Made by a program: the position numbers and the translations under genes
Notes under the pieces: generated by a model
Databases searched by the model: none
The model's input: the letters and a program-made list of their open reading frames with translations, nothing else
What the model was told of the DNA's origin: nothing
Origin: Eledone cirrhosa
Lineage: Eukaryota
Direction of reading: 5' to 3'
Length of the DNA: 64,000 nucleotides
Assembly (NCBI GenBank): GCA_964016885.1
Contig: OZ024740.1
Coordinates: forward strand, 199,020,001-199,084,000
In this document: positions 1-12,336 of the stretch, in pieces
Numbering within the stretch: position 1 is the first letter of the stretch
Layout: each line of letters begins with the position of its first letter

Positions 1-508
1 GTGCGTCCTCCTACCACACTATTTAGATTCCATACATTATACATTCTTTTCGATCACATAAAGTATTTGAACTATATTAGGTGGTAATTGGCGTAGAAAA
101 GAAAGAATAATCAGACAGTCCGAGAAAAATGTTACTGGAAATAAAAACAAAATAACGTATTCTTTGGAATTTCTCAAATACACATTTAATGGTAAGGCAA
201 ACAGCCACACATTTTAAATTGCAGAGAATAGTTTCTGAATTATCGAGTGACAAAGATAATAAGACAAAATCAATATGTTAGATGAAGTAAAGAAGAATGT
301 GGGGCTGTAAATCAAAAAGAAAAAAAACAGTAGGGAGGCCACAGAAATTAAGAATACAAGTAACTCATAAATAATCAAATGAATAATAAGATTAAAAAAG
401 GAAAGAACGAAATTTAGAGAAATATCTAGAGATGTAATTGCGAAACGGATTGATGAAAGTGGTATTCGTACAGCACAAAACAAAAATTCAAATACTATTC
501 AAAATAAG

Positions 509-671
509 TGTTTCTACTTTAGGCACAAGGCCAGCAAATACCCAGTGCATTACTGGTACTCTATTTGATCGACCCCGTAAGGATGAAAGCGGGATTTGAA
601 CTCAGATCGTAAAGAGACGTAACTATGCTGGAAAGCATGGCGTCCGACCCTCTACCGATACTGCCAATCCA
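509..671 (-). mobile_element. tRNA-derived SINE, family 1 (small internal deletion)
   Basis: Reverse complement has A-box-like TGGCAGTATCGG, B-box GAGTTCAAATCC and the central CTTTCATCCTTACGGGGTCGAT..AGTACCAGT domain; about 11 copies in the window. Confidence 0.9.
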
Positions 672-1613
672 GTTTCAAAATAATATTCAAAATAATATTC
701 ATCAAAATAATAATCTAAAAATTCAAAACAGAACTGTCAGTAATTGTGAGTTTATGAATATTACTTGCTAATTTTGAAATGTCAAATATTGGTCAGCAGA
801 GTATCACTAAGACGATCAATTCAACAATTGCTCTGGAAATACATTGTCTTACCAAAGAGAAACAGCTTCATATCATTCTAATATAATGAGTAAACTAAGA
901 ATTAACACTTTTTGCTTTAACGTGGGCTTCGAATATCTGATTATGTTGGACATGGATCTACTTTCAAATTTAAATATGTCATCACGCGTGAAATATAAAC
1001 TATATTCGAGTGTTTTTGTGTTTTGTGTATGTGTATGTATATGTGTGTGTTTATGTTCCTTAAATATGACTAAATTGAACAGAAGCCACACTGATTCAAT
1101 ACCTATATTGCCATATTTTCAACCATTATTTATTTTGAGTGATCTTCTATTGATATTGAACGGAATTTGAATTATGGTCTATTCATACAGAAAGTTCCAA
1201 TGTCTAGCTAAGGTTTATCTATTTGAGTTCAGGAGACGCCGAGTGAAATTTGAAAACTGAATCCGAAGCGTTCGGCGTATATTTGACTACAGAAAATAGT
1301 ATAATACCAGACCATATCAGCCCCGATAACGATAAAAATGATATCAGCATGCACTTTTACGCCAACGTAAGTTGATACACTTTTTTGTGTAAGGTCTATA
1401 AATAAAATACCAATAAAATGCTGTGTTCAGCACCTATCTTCCTCCTTCGCTACCTACACCATCTTTCTCTTTCTTTCGCTCTTTCTCTCATAATAGGAGA
1501 TTTTGCCCTGAGACAACACATCCATCATAAAACACACACACACACACACACACACATACACCCCACCCCACCCCCACCCCCACAAACACACATATATATA
1601 TATATATTTATAT

Positions 1614-1760
1614 ATTTAATTAGAAAGTGAACAACACAATATATAACTACTCCATTACCAAAGGTTTCAGGACCCTAGACAATATTGATATACGTCTAGG
1701 GCCCTGAAACCTTTGGTAATGGAGTAATTATATATTGTGTTGTTCACCTTCTAACTAAAT
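1614..1760. repeat. Inverted repeat (~67-bp arms, 13-nt spacer) containing the 3' half of a hammerhead (GAAACCTTTGGTA)
   Basis: 1614-1680 is the near-perfect reverse complement of 1694-1760; adjoins (TA)n. Confidence 0.85.
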
Positions 1761-1820
1761 AGCTCTGTTCTATACATAGAGCACTCTTTTTTCCTTTGCT
1801 TTTTCTTCGGAAATATTTAA

Positions 1821-1872
<52 letters not shown>

Positions 1873-1882
1873 CGATCTTTCG

Positions 1883-1943
<61 letters not shown>

Positions 1944-2168
1944 TACCGATAATATTGCTTTATGCTGAACTCCATATCTTTTGTTCAGTTTTTTTTTTCG
2001 GAGTGTTTTGACTGCTGTTTCTTGTAAACGGACATTCATCTCATTCTGACGTCACTAGCCCTGTCTCCATGTGTGTTTATTAATTCAATTCCACACGAGG
2101 TTTGACTAGCCTGCTTTTAAATTCCCCTTTGGCATATTTTAGCTGTGGCTCTTAGTTATCGTTGTTGA

Positions 2169-2249
2169 GCACTACTGAGGAACGACTCCAACCGTGACTA
2201 ACCCCACTGAAAAGTTTCGTGAAATAGTCTTTTTAAGACTATATAGTGC
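2169..2249 (+). ncRNA. Type I hammerhead ribozyme with stable stem III
   Basis: GCACTA-CTGAGGA-ACGA...TCGT-GAAA-TAGTCT(TTTTA)AGACTA-TA-TAGTGC; all three stems pair; lies within a partial direct repeat (1948 vs 2580, period ~632). Confidence 0.85.
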
Positions 2250-4691
2250 ATTTGTAGATTTTTCCAAATTGACGGATAAGTATTTACTCTTAATTTTATT
2301 TTGAGTTTCAATTCTATTGGCTTTTTCCACGGATTACACAAAATCTGTGGATAAAATTTCTGGTCTTGACTTGTTTTGAATTGGGATTAAATTATTTTCC
2401 CATATCTTACGTTAAATATTTTTCATCTTGACGTAATAGTCACTTATATGTCTGAATTACTGTTGGCTTCTTGCTTACATTAATTTCTCTATTTTCATTT
2501 ATATATTTATACTCGGAATTTTTCCTTGAGTGCTTAAAATTATTTGTGACTAATCCCGGTCCAAAAAAAAAAAAACCGCGATAATATTGCTTTATGCTGA
2601 ACTCCACATCTTTTGTTGAGTTTTTTTCGGAAAGTTTTTGCTTCATTGAGTTTCGGCCACACTTAATGCAGCAATAGTGTGTATAGCTTCCACTGTCTTT
2701 ATTTATTATGCAACAATTCACAATCCGCGCATGTGGCTTCATTAGCGGGGTTCGCCTAATCAATAACCAATTGATCGACATAATTCGATTCCAGTCCGTT
2801 TCGAGTATGGCAGTAAATGTGACAGGCGACACATCACAATCGATTGGTTATTGGTTCAGAGATTTATGTGCCGGCAGGAGTCGAAATTCAAATAATTCGC
2901 TCCAGCCATAAGCACTCACCAACAAATCACATACACACATATATATACATATTGTTTCTGCATAATAGCACACAGTTGCACAGGAGTAACGGCATCTTGA
3001 CATGTCATATGGATGATAGAATGAGATTCTTTGTAGAAGGAATTATAGGTGTCAATAGCGTACTCCTGGAATTACGTGGAGGTGCAGCTGCACGCCTATG
3101 AGATTTGATTGGAAAATTATGATCATCTGCATCTCTAAAAATGATAGGAGCAAACGCTTATAACAGTGGAAGATATCCTCTGATGTGGAGAAAATAGTCT
3201 CTGATATTCATAAATGAAAAAAAAATTATTTTCACATTTCTAGTACATAGACATACACACCTGAATCCACTCACACCCTTATATATGTATGTGTGTGTAA
3301 GTTTCTATATTATTAAGGAGTTTTTTTGCACTTTGATAATCTGTTTACCTATTGCATTTTATGTACATATCAAATCCTTAATGGATCAACCGGATATGAT
3401 TCTTCATTTAATTCACCACGAAAACCAAATAGAAAGTGGTGGAGGTCAACCAGGGAGGGATTCATCCAACAAGAATGAAAAAAGTTTGGATTGGATTTCT
3501 CCTTTACTGTACCCTATGTTAGGGAATTTCATGTATGTACAACATTTTTCTTTGTCGAAACTTCAATATGTTTGAAAACGTATGTCTGCTCACGATTCTC
3601 GTTTTCATCACATCAACTCCGAATAATTCTGCCGATCATCAAATACTATACATTTCCTAACTATATTAGATTTTATTTAAAAAAACATGGTATGGCTAAA
3701 GCAACGTTATATAACACATAATTATGTTTAGATAGCAGCTTTATCTAATGGGGATTTCGCTTGTATTTCGAGCTGGTCATTTGTGGACATATGATCTGTC
3801 TTCAATTGGTTATTATACTTGCAGAGACAGATTTCTCATACACATTTATGTAATATGCGTTGCTATATATGTCCTTTCAAAAGAAAACAAAGTTTTTTCC
3901 TTTACGTAAACACTCATATTTTTAAAAGTCTAAACTAAATGATTCAATATGACGAACCTTTAAATTAACTTTAATACAAAACCAGTTGGAAAACGTTAGA
4001 CTGAAACATATCAGAACAAATTTTATTCACTCTCAACACTATATTTAGGTTTTCATCCACACACATTGACTGAATGATAACTTAATACTAGTGGATATAT
4101 TGGTAACATATATTTCATAAGTAGAAATGTGTCAGTGACTTCGAAGTTTCAGCTCTATCGCTTCATTTGCTTGTCTGTATGTAGCTCAATGTAGTGAATT
4201 GGGGATTTTATTTGTTTGTGATTAGGTGCCATGTGGTTGTATGTGTAGGTAGGTTTAATGGTCAATTGGTCTTAATAGATTATTGTAAATGCATGTGGAC
4301 GTGATGGAGCGGGGGGGGGGCTTTTGTTTATTGAAAATAAATGGGTTGATGCAATATTTATAAAATAGGGAAGGAATTTACGTATACAGAAAAACATTGA
4401 TCTTTAGGAAACATCAGTATTGATTTTTCCATTGGACAATAGGTTTGATCTTATTCTAAGACAAACAACTCCTATCTGTAAATACCCAGCCATAAACAAC
4501 TTTACTCATGACTAAAATGCAGTTTAGCTCGGCCATTACTAAGATGAGGGTAAATAATAATATATATATAACATGGCAAATGTAAAGAAACAATGAAGAT
4601 AACATTTACTAGAGATAATGATGATAATTATTTTCAAAGGTCTAAGAAATAATTCCGAAAAGAAACTTATTTAAATATTATGAAACAGAAC

Positions 4692-4950
4692 TACGCGGGT
4701 AAGTAAAAAATTATCCGCATTTACGCAATAACATGCCATTAGGTTATCACACTGACTTCTGCGCATGCGTTCTTAAAGGTGGTACTATTGGACTATTGTG
4801 GTCACGTGATGGCGGTTTGAGCTTGATCGCGCCAATTTTCTGGTTGCTGTTACTGTGTTCACATGGCCGTTCAGCTAGCATTGTGCACCAAGGAGGAACA
4901 GAGCAGTGATCCGTTTTCTCTGCTCGGAAGTTATGTCAGTTGTTTGAATT
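4692..4950 (+). mobile_element. mariner transposon 5' remnant
   Basis: TA-CGCGGGTAAGTAAAAAATTATCCGCA mariner-type TIR, then ATG at 4863 reading MAVQLALCTKEEQ/AVIRFLCSE (mariner N-terminal HTH start, frameshifted). Confidence 0.7.
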
Positions 4951-5189
4951 TCATAATATTTTAGTGGATTGTTTCTCAACTCTTTCCTTAACAAAGAGCC
5001 GTTATATAGGGATGAAGTATCTGACGGACACTTGTGGCTTTAGAAGCGATATTCACACATGTTATCGCCAAACTACCCTTTAGTAGTACATTAGAGGATG
5101 TCTAGTAGTACATTAGAGGATGTCTGGAAAGCAGGGTAATAATGAACGTATTTAGAGTATCTGTGTAAAACTGAAATCATTATTTATGT

Positions 5190-5275
5190 GAGTTAACTTT
5201 GCTTTCATCGTTACGGGGTCGATAAAATAATGTACACTGGGATAATTGCTGGCCTTGCGCAAAAAGTAGAAACAA
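5190..5275 (+). mobile_element. SINE family 1, degraded 3' part
   Basis: GTTAACTTTGCTTTCATCGTTACGGGGTCGATAAAAT...AAAGTAGAAACAA. Confidence 0.8.
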
Positions 5276-6005
5276 TTATTTATGTAGCGCCAGTGTATAT
5301 ATTGGTGTAAAGTACAAGGAGGGCTTCGTAATTTATAATTTCATTGCTTTATTGTGGCTTAATAGTTTAAAATATTAACGGAAGAATCATATTGTACAGT
5401 GGCTCAGAATTGTATAAAAATATGCGTTGCTTTATTTTTCTAACAAATTCGTTTATCTTTTACATGTTTTATCATTTGGCAATGACTGTTACGATGTTTT
5501 ACTAATCCCAGCCGAAACCAAACAATTAATTCTCTAAATCAATAGATTTGCATACCAATATAAATTTACTTACTTAAAAGATTAGATTTATTTCTTTTGT
5601 TTGTTTTAAAAATAGTATTGGCTGCACAAACTGTCTGTGGTTAAACATTTAATGATCAAATTTCTTGATATACCGTTTAAAACATCAATGAATGCAATAA
5701 ATTGAAAATCGAAAATTTGCCAAATTTAAAGATATTTTTGAATGGTCGTTTCAAAATACTGGCAGGACATAATGAATCCTAAATATATATTTGATTCTAT
5801 GTATTTATGAATATGACAAGTTTATCGAGACAAGATATCAACATGATTATTTTTATATTAAATATTAAATATATTAAAACTAAATTAACTATTGATTTCC
5901 AAACAAAAGGAGTCTCTGAGTTAATTATTTTCTAAACCAAACAATTCTATATCTGCAAGTCTTATATGTTTACTTAATGATTCTATCTCTACAACAGCAA
6001 ATAAA

Positions 6006-6091
<86 letters not shown>

Positions 6092-6094
<3 letters not shown>

Positions 6095-6413
6095 GGAGGT
6101 GAGTTTTATTGTAGCACAATAAAACAATGCAAATATCGGATAAGTAGCATTCCACAGTTTATAGGACTGGAGTATAAAAATACCATAAGATCAAAAGATG
6201 GTTAAAAGAGTTCCAAGTATTTTATTATGTTGATTTAACACAAGTATTTTATATATGTTGATTTAACACTTCACTACTCGCAAGTATTTTTTAAGCTTCA
6301 TATCATGTGTCCCTATTTTATCTGATGAGAACGCAAATATGATCCCATGATGATATTTGTTTTTGAAATTCGCATAATAAAATACTTGGAACTCTTTTAA
6401 CCATCTTTTGTCC
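6092..6413 (+). mobile_element. Penelope-like pseudo-LTR remnant with 5' inverted segment (same family as 46405-49725 and 54650-57050)
   Basis: 6092-6175 is the reverse complement of 49640-49725; 6192-6228 is the inverse of 6373-6410; flanked by (TA)n and (CT)n(TA)n. Confidence 0.8.
6314..6384 (+). ncRNA. Type I hammerhead ribozyme (Penelope pLTR family)
   Basis: TATTTTAT-CTGATGA-GAACGCAAATAT...ATATTTGTTTTT-GAAA-TTCGCA-TA-ATAAAATA; one stem III mutation relative to ATGCGCAT in sister copies. Confidence 0.75.
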
Positions 6414-6415
6414 TT

Positions 6416-6499
<84 letters not shown>

Positions 6500-6809
6500 G
6501 CACTAATGAGGTCTTATCACAAGCGAAAACCTGTCTCACGGACTTGCTGACATAACAAACAATAACATTTGTACGGTTATCTCTCTCTCTCTCTCCCTCT
6601 CCCCCCTCTCTCTCTCTCTCTCTCTCTCTCACCGAGTATCGTTTCTACGAAGTTTCATAATGCTTCAGCAATTATATATATGGAAAATTACTTAACCATG
6701 TTTATGCAGTTTAGCTCCCATTACGTGCTCTCTGCACATGAAATGTATGATAATGTTAGTCGATAGAATATTTCGTACGAGCTTTCTGCTGAGAATCGTC
6801 CAAATAATA

Positions 6810-6977
6810 ATTGTTTCTACTTTAGGCACAATGCCAGCAATTACCCAGTGCATTACTGGTACTTTATTTTATCGACCCCGTAAGGATGAAAGGCAAAGTC
6901 AACCTCGGCGGGATTTGAACTCAGATCGTAAACGGACGTAACTATGCTGGAAAGCATGGCGTCCGACCTTCTACCGT
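6810..6977 (-). mobile_element. SINE family 1
   Basis: Near full-length match to other copies. Confidence 0.9.
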
Positions 6978-6981
6978 CCAA

Positions 6982-7062
6982 AGAATAATGAAATAAAACT
7001 AGACCATACCTACATGCAATAACTAACACGCTGTTTATATTTAGAGAACGCGATATATATCT

Positions 7063-7118
<56 letters not shown>

Positions 7119-7199
7119 AGATATATATCGCGTTCTTTAAATATAAACAGCGTGTTAGTTATTGCATGTAGGTATGGTCTAGTTTTATTTCATTATTCT
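6982..7199. repeat. Near-perfect inverted repeat with (TA)n at its centre
   Basis: AGAATAATGAAATAAAACTAGACC...CTCTT (TA)n AAGAG...GGTCTAGTTTTATTTCATTATTCT; ~84-bp arms. Confidence 0.9.
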
Positions 7200-7217
7200 A
7201 TATATATATATATATAT

Positions 7218-7269
<52 letters not shown>

Positions 7270-7721
7270 GAAAATAAGACAAAGAACCCTTCAATACATC
7301 AAAAGTCTTTATTAGCCAACAATGTTTCGTCCTATTAATTATTACATTATTATATTATTATTATAGTGTTATTGTGACATCTATATTGTTTGTGTAAATT
7401 AACCGGAGATTATCTATTATATTATATTATATATTATATAATTTTATAGTTTATTATATATTATATGTGTTACTTTTAATCATTTCATTACTTCATGTTA
7501 TACTGTATATTAGCTATACATATTATTTTTATTTTTATTATGCTTATTTATATTTAAACTCTTAATAAGGTTTAATTTGTGCTGTTAATGATGGAAATGT
7601 GTATTGATGTATATGTATATGTGCGTAGGTGTGCGTATATATATACACATGTATATTGTGCCTATTAATTTTAATTTTAATTTTAATATTGTTACAAGTA
7701 TATTATATTATATTATATTAT

Positions 7722-7907
7722 ATTGTTTCTACTTTAGGCACAAGGCCAGCAATTACCCAGTGCATTACTGGTACTTTATTTTATCTACCCCGTAAGGATG
7801 AAAGGCAAAGTCAACCTCGGCGGGATTTGAACTCAGATCGTAAAGGGATGTAACTATGCTGGAAAGCATGGCGTCCGACCCTCTACCGATACTGCCAATC
7901 CACCGCC
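7722..7907 (-). mobile_element. SINE family 1, full length
   Basis: Complete from GGCGGTGGATTGGCAG head to AAGTAGAAACAATA tail, inserted in (ATATT)n. Confidence 0.9.
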
Positions 7908-7911
7908 CTAA

Positions 7912-8030
7912 AATTATATTATATTATATTATATTATATTATATTATATTATATTATATTATATTATATTATATTATATTATATTATATTATATTATATT
8001 ATATTATATTATATTATATTGTATTGTATT
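7912..8030. repeat. (ATATT)n pentanucleotide microsatellite
   Basis: Direct reading. Confidence 0.95.
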
Positions 8031-8256
8031 GTATTACGTATAGTACTATAATTCTCGCTCTATATAACGACCTTTGTTTAGCTCTAGTTTTCTGCTTTGG
8101 ACTATATTTATAATATGGTTCTAAATGTTATCGACCTCCTTAATGATTTTTATTATATATTTTTACCCATAATCTTCCAATACTTTAGTGTATGTACACT
8201 CCATATTCTTCGGAGTTTTCGGCTTGTATTGGCCAATAGTGCTTCTTGTGGTTTTG

Positions 8257-8301
8257 ATTGCCCTGATGAGTCCTTAATAGGACGAAACATTGTTGGCTAA
8301 T
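8257..8301 (+). ncRNA. Minimal type I hammerhead ribozyme
   Basis: ATTGCC-CTGATGA-GTCC(TTAATA)GGAC-GAAA-CATTG-TT-GGCTAAT; canonical core, near-palindromic stem III. Confidence 0.85.
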
Positions 8302-8444
8302 AAAGACTTTTGATGTATTGAAGGCTTCTTTGTTTTAATTTCATAATTCTTCGGCTCTGTTTAATTACATTGAGCTATAGCTTTTACTGTCATTTCTATA
8401 ATACGAAGAGGGTGTTTAACTCCAACACGCTCCAGTATTTTAAT

Positions 8445-8486
<42 letters not shown>

Positions 8487-8617
8487 GTGAGGTTTTTTTT
8501 ACAAAATGAAAAATAACCAAGGTGTCCTACACGAGTGAAAGTATAAAGAAAAAGAGATGAAATCAAAAATGCAACTGGAGTCTTTTTTTTTTTTAAATAT
8601 ATATATTTATTTGGTTT

Positions 8618-8651
8618 CTTTACCGGTTTCGCAGTTCTGCTTTTCAAAAGG
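8618..8651 (-). ncRNA. Minimal hammerhead ribozyme, U3-A8 core variant
   Basis: Minus strand CCTT-TTGAAAA-GCAG(AA)CTGC-GAAA-CCGG-TA-AAG; palindromic ACCGGT stem III; same strand as and downstream of the GIY-YIG ORF. Confidence 0.65.
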
Positions 8652-9493
8652 TGAGTTGAGATGGAGGGTCTCTGGTTTTTCTCACATCTGGTTGGTCTCT
8701 GAATGTTACTTGTTTTATATGGAAAAAGTGGCTCGAAATGCCAGGTTTTCGAGAAGTATTTTGATTGGTTTGTCAATAATTATTATAAATTTAGCGCCAG
8801 TTTGCGTTACAATAGCTCTTCAAATAAGAGGGGGGGGGGTTGACACAGGTTGTTTTTTCATATATGAGTGCTTGAATTTCTTTTTACTTGAAAAAAGGGG
8901 CTCACGAAGGCTTTTTTTTGGTTGGTTATAAATGAACTTATGGCTGTCACGTGAACAAGTTTTCATTAAATTTTCCTGCCCTTATTTGGAAATCCATTTT
9001 GTAGCCTTTTTAGAGAATTTTATGATAAGTGAAAGATAATGGTCAAGAGAAAGCGATGGGAGAATTGTTCTGGTTCAGTGAATATGGTTAGTTCGCTGGG
9101 GTGTCAGAATTCAGATTTTCTATTGAATAAAGAAAGTAAAGATATGTATTTTTATTTGTGTGCTTGTGTGTGTGCTTGTGTGTGTGTGTGTGTGTTGTGT
9201 GTGTGTGTGTTTGAATTTCTTTACTAAAAAAAAAGGTGGCTCACGAAGGCTTTTTTTTAATAAACGTGATTTGAGTGGTTATAAATGAAATTTGGCTTTC
9301 ACGTGAACAAGTTTTCATTACATTTTCGCGCCTTTATTTGGAAATCTATTCTGTAGCCTTTATAGAGAAAGATAGTGGTCAAGAGAAATGGGATTGGGAG
9401 AATTGTTCTGGTTCAGTGAATATGGTTAGTTCGCTGGGGTGTCAGAGTTCAGATTTTCTATTGAAATAAAGATATGTATGTTTATTTGTGTGC

Positions 9494-9526
<33 letters not shown>

Positions 9527-9998
9527 TATTGGAAGAACATTCTATTAGTAGAAATGGGGGAGGGAGTTGTGTGTGTGTATATGGGTGTTATGTGTGCGTG
9601 TGCGAGTATGTTAAGATGGAGAGAATATATATTTTGTGTGTGTGTATATATGTGTGTAGGAAAGTGGTTCTATTAGTAGAAATGGGGGAGGGAATTGTGG
9701 GTGTGGGGGTTGTCATGTGTGTGTATGGGTGTTATGTGTGTGGGAGTATGGTTAGCATGTTAAGATGAAGAGAATATATATATATATATTGTTTGTGTGT
9801 GTGTGTGTGTAGGAAAATGATTCCTTTATTAGGAATATTTTTGAATGAACATATTTTCCTTACTTATTCGTTTTTGTTCTGTTGTATTGTCAGTGCAAAC
9901 GTATGTTAAGGTTTATTTAGTTCGGGTTTTTGTTTTCTAAAGTAGAAGGCGTTATGTGTGTGTGTTTATGTCATATTATGGTGTTGATATAATGTATA

Positions 9999-10403
9999 TT
10001 AAACCATATTTAATGCTGGTCTATATTTTTGAATAAACATATTTTCCTTATTTATTCGCATTTGTTCTGTTGTATTGTTAGCGCAAAGGTAAAATGGGAA
10101 GACTTGGAATTTGGGTGTCTTATTACTTGTGCAAATGTCTAGATGTGCACTTAGTGGTATCTGTCTCGTTGTTGAATCTCGTAATTGTTGGCGATGAACT
10201 GTCATTCTGTTTCTGGGTGTGAGTTTAGTTTGTCCTATATAATCTTCATTGCATCCTTTACATTTAATGGCATAAATTAGATTTTTTGATGAGAAAGCGA
10301 AGTGATTTTTTACAGTAAAATTTTGTCCTGATTTAAATGTATACGTGTTGCCTTCAATTAGGTGATTGCAGGTTCCACAATTAGAGCGACCACATTTTTT
10401 CAT
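9999..10403 (-). pseudogene. Penelope-like GIY-YIG endonuclease C-terminal fragment
   Basis: KCGRSNCGTC Cys cluster, NLIYAIKCKGCNEDYIGQT...RNRMTVHR...LSAHL...KENMFIQKYRPALN. Confidence 0.9.
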
Positions 10404-10493
10404 ACTTGGTTGTCGGTTTGTGGTAGGTAATTTGGCATTGGTGAGTAATGTTTTCAGTGATCTTGGTTGTCTTTTGCTTTTGATTATTTTGTA

Positions 10494-10558
<65 letters not shown>

Positions 10559-11089
10559 TTATATATAAATATATATATTATACTTGGGGAGGGTCATATT
10601 TGTGTAATATTGCCAGAATTAATAGCAGAACACACTCACTGTTTGGTTGGTTTTCCCTTTAGGCTTGTGTCTTTTATATCGGTAATCTAATTTATACGGT
10701 CCTCAATGTTGCCATTGACTGACCAACGGTCAAAAATAATACAGATACAATATAGACACAAACACATATATATAGTTTATCAAAGTTCTTTCGTTGCACA
10801 TCTAAAACACCGTCAGTGGTGCTATTGTTTCCTCCCGTTGCATTGTATTTTCTACGCCATCTTTATTTAGTTTGTTTATATATTTATTTATTTGTTTATT
10901 TTATTTTGTCTTCTTTGCGAATGCGTTTGTGCGTGTGTATAGTGTTTTGTTTGATGTGTGTTCGTGATTGGGTGACTGTGTATTGGTTAATGTATTCTAT
11001 CTTTACTAGTGTGTGTTTATATGTGTTTGTTGTTATTGTGCTTGTGTATGTATTTTTTTATTTATACTTCTCTTAGGTCAGTGTTGTTT

Positions 11090-11707
11090 GTTCGGGTGTT
11101 CTTATTATTCCATTTATTCTTTCTGTTTAGCCTTGGCCTTCTAAGTTCTATTTCACTGGCCTCACTGGTCATTTCTATGTTTAGATATTATTCTAATTTC
11201 TATGTTGTCTATGTTACAGCCGTGTTGTTGTCTGGCATGTTCGTATAGTACTGAACCGTTTTTTCGACCTTTTAGTTTCCCCCAGTGTTGGTCTATCATT
11301 TCACCTATGCTAAGAGCTGTCTCGCCTATGTATGTTGTTGTCATGTTTCTGCAAGTACCCTCTGTACATCTTATGCTATAGACTATGTTTCTAGTTTTAC
11401 AGTTTATCCGGGGGTTTACCTTACATATGATACATTTCCTATTAGTACAGTGGGTTTTCTTAAAAGGGTAGGTTTTGCTGATCAGGGATTTTATGGTGGT
11501 TTCTGGCTTTTCTACCACCTTAATCTTTAAGTGGGTCTTTCTCAGGGCCTTTCTACACTGGTTGGCTAATTTCCCTCCAGGGGTAGCGTCCACAAACATG
11601 ACACTCTGGTATCTCTGGTTGTCGTACCATGAGGTGGCTTTCCCTATCTTATGTCTAGCCCTATCTAAGCTATTCCATGATTTGCTCCTGTATAATGGGC
11701 ATATCAT
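11090..11707 (-). pseudogene. Penelope-like element C-terminal fragment (second subfamily, possibly Naiad-like): thumb/linker plus GIY-YIG
   Basis: PLYRSKSW...SVMFVDATPGGKLA...CTNRKCIIC...NIVYSIRC...C...YIGETALS...H...HARQQH; continues after a frameshift as EASEIELRRPRLNRKNKW. Confidence 0.85.
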
Positions 11708-12336
11708 ATCAAAAACCTCGCAAAACTAATTCATCGCCGTTATATATATATATATATATATAATATATATATAAATATATAATATTGTTCATTTATACAT
11801 ACATATATACATATATACATGCATACAATTATATATGCATATCCCCCCCCCCACACACACACACACACATATTTATATATGAAAAAAATAGCGGAACACA
11901 ATAATTAATTTAATGCTTGATAAAGGAGGGGGAAATGTTGACGTGTGAAACGTAAAAATCAAATGAGAAATATAAGATAAAAAGAGTAGAGTGAGAAGAG
12001 AAGGAACGAAAAAAGATCATAGATAGATTTATTGCATGATAGGGTTTATAACGTGTTTAAATGCTGAATTCACCTTCCCCCACTGCTTATGTAAACAAGC
12101 AGTGCGAGAAACTAACCCGTTCTCTCAGTATCTAACCCATTCTTTCAGCTCTCGTAGCAGAGTTGAAAGCCGTGTAAGAGACCATATCCCGCAAAATAAA
12201 AAAATCTTTCTTCGATTTTCAACGCATTTTGTCAAGTTTTTACTTGTTCCTCATTCACTTTAAATTACTCCGTTAAATCTCCTGGGAAATTATGCATCAT
12301 ACTTGATGACGTATCTCGTATTATTAATATACTCAT

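Larger units (their letters stand above)
7266..8448 (+). mobile_element. Non-coding HHR-bearing element (pLTR/retrozyme-like) with 5' inverted copy; contains a nested SINE and (ATATT)n
   Basis: 7266-7337 is the reverse complement of 8276-8347 (HHR 3' half and downstream); (TA)n on both flanks. Confidence 0.7.
8480..10490 (-). mobile_element. 5'-truncated Penelope-like element (Neptune-like Cys-rich linker plus GIY-YIG) with duplicated 3' region
   Basis: GIY-YIG ORF at 9999-10403; internal direct repeats 8865-9130/9210-9470 and 9849-9900/10017-10088; HHR near the 3' end; (TA)n at both ends. Confidence 0.8.

Noticed and set aside
10775-10825. Minus-strand CTGACGG...GAAAG downstream of the 11162 PLE ORF
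   Set aside because: Core deviates and stems I and III do not pair convincingly
11162-11164. In-frame TGA as possible selenocysteine
   Set aside because: Not at a Cys position; conserved sequence resumes in another frame, indicating a deletion
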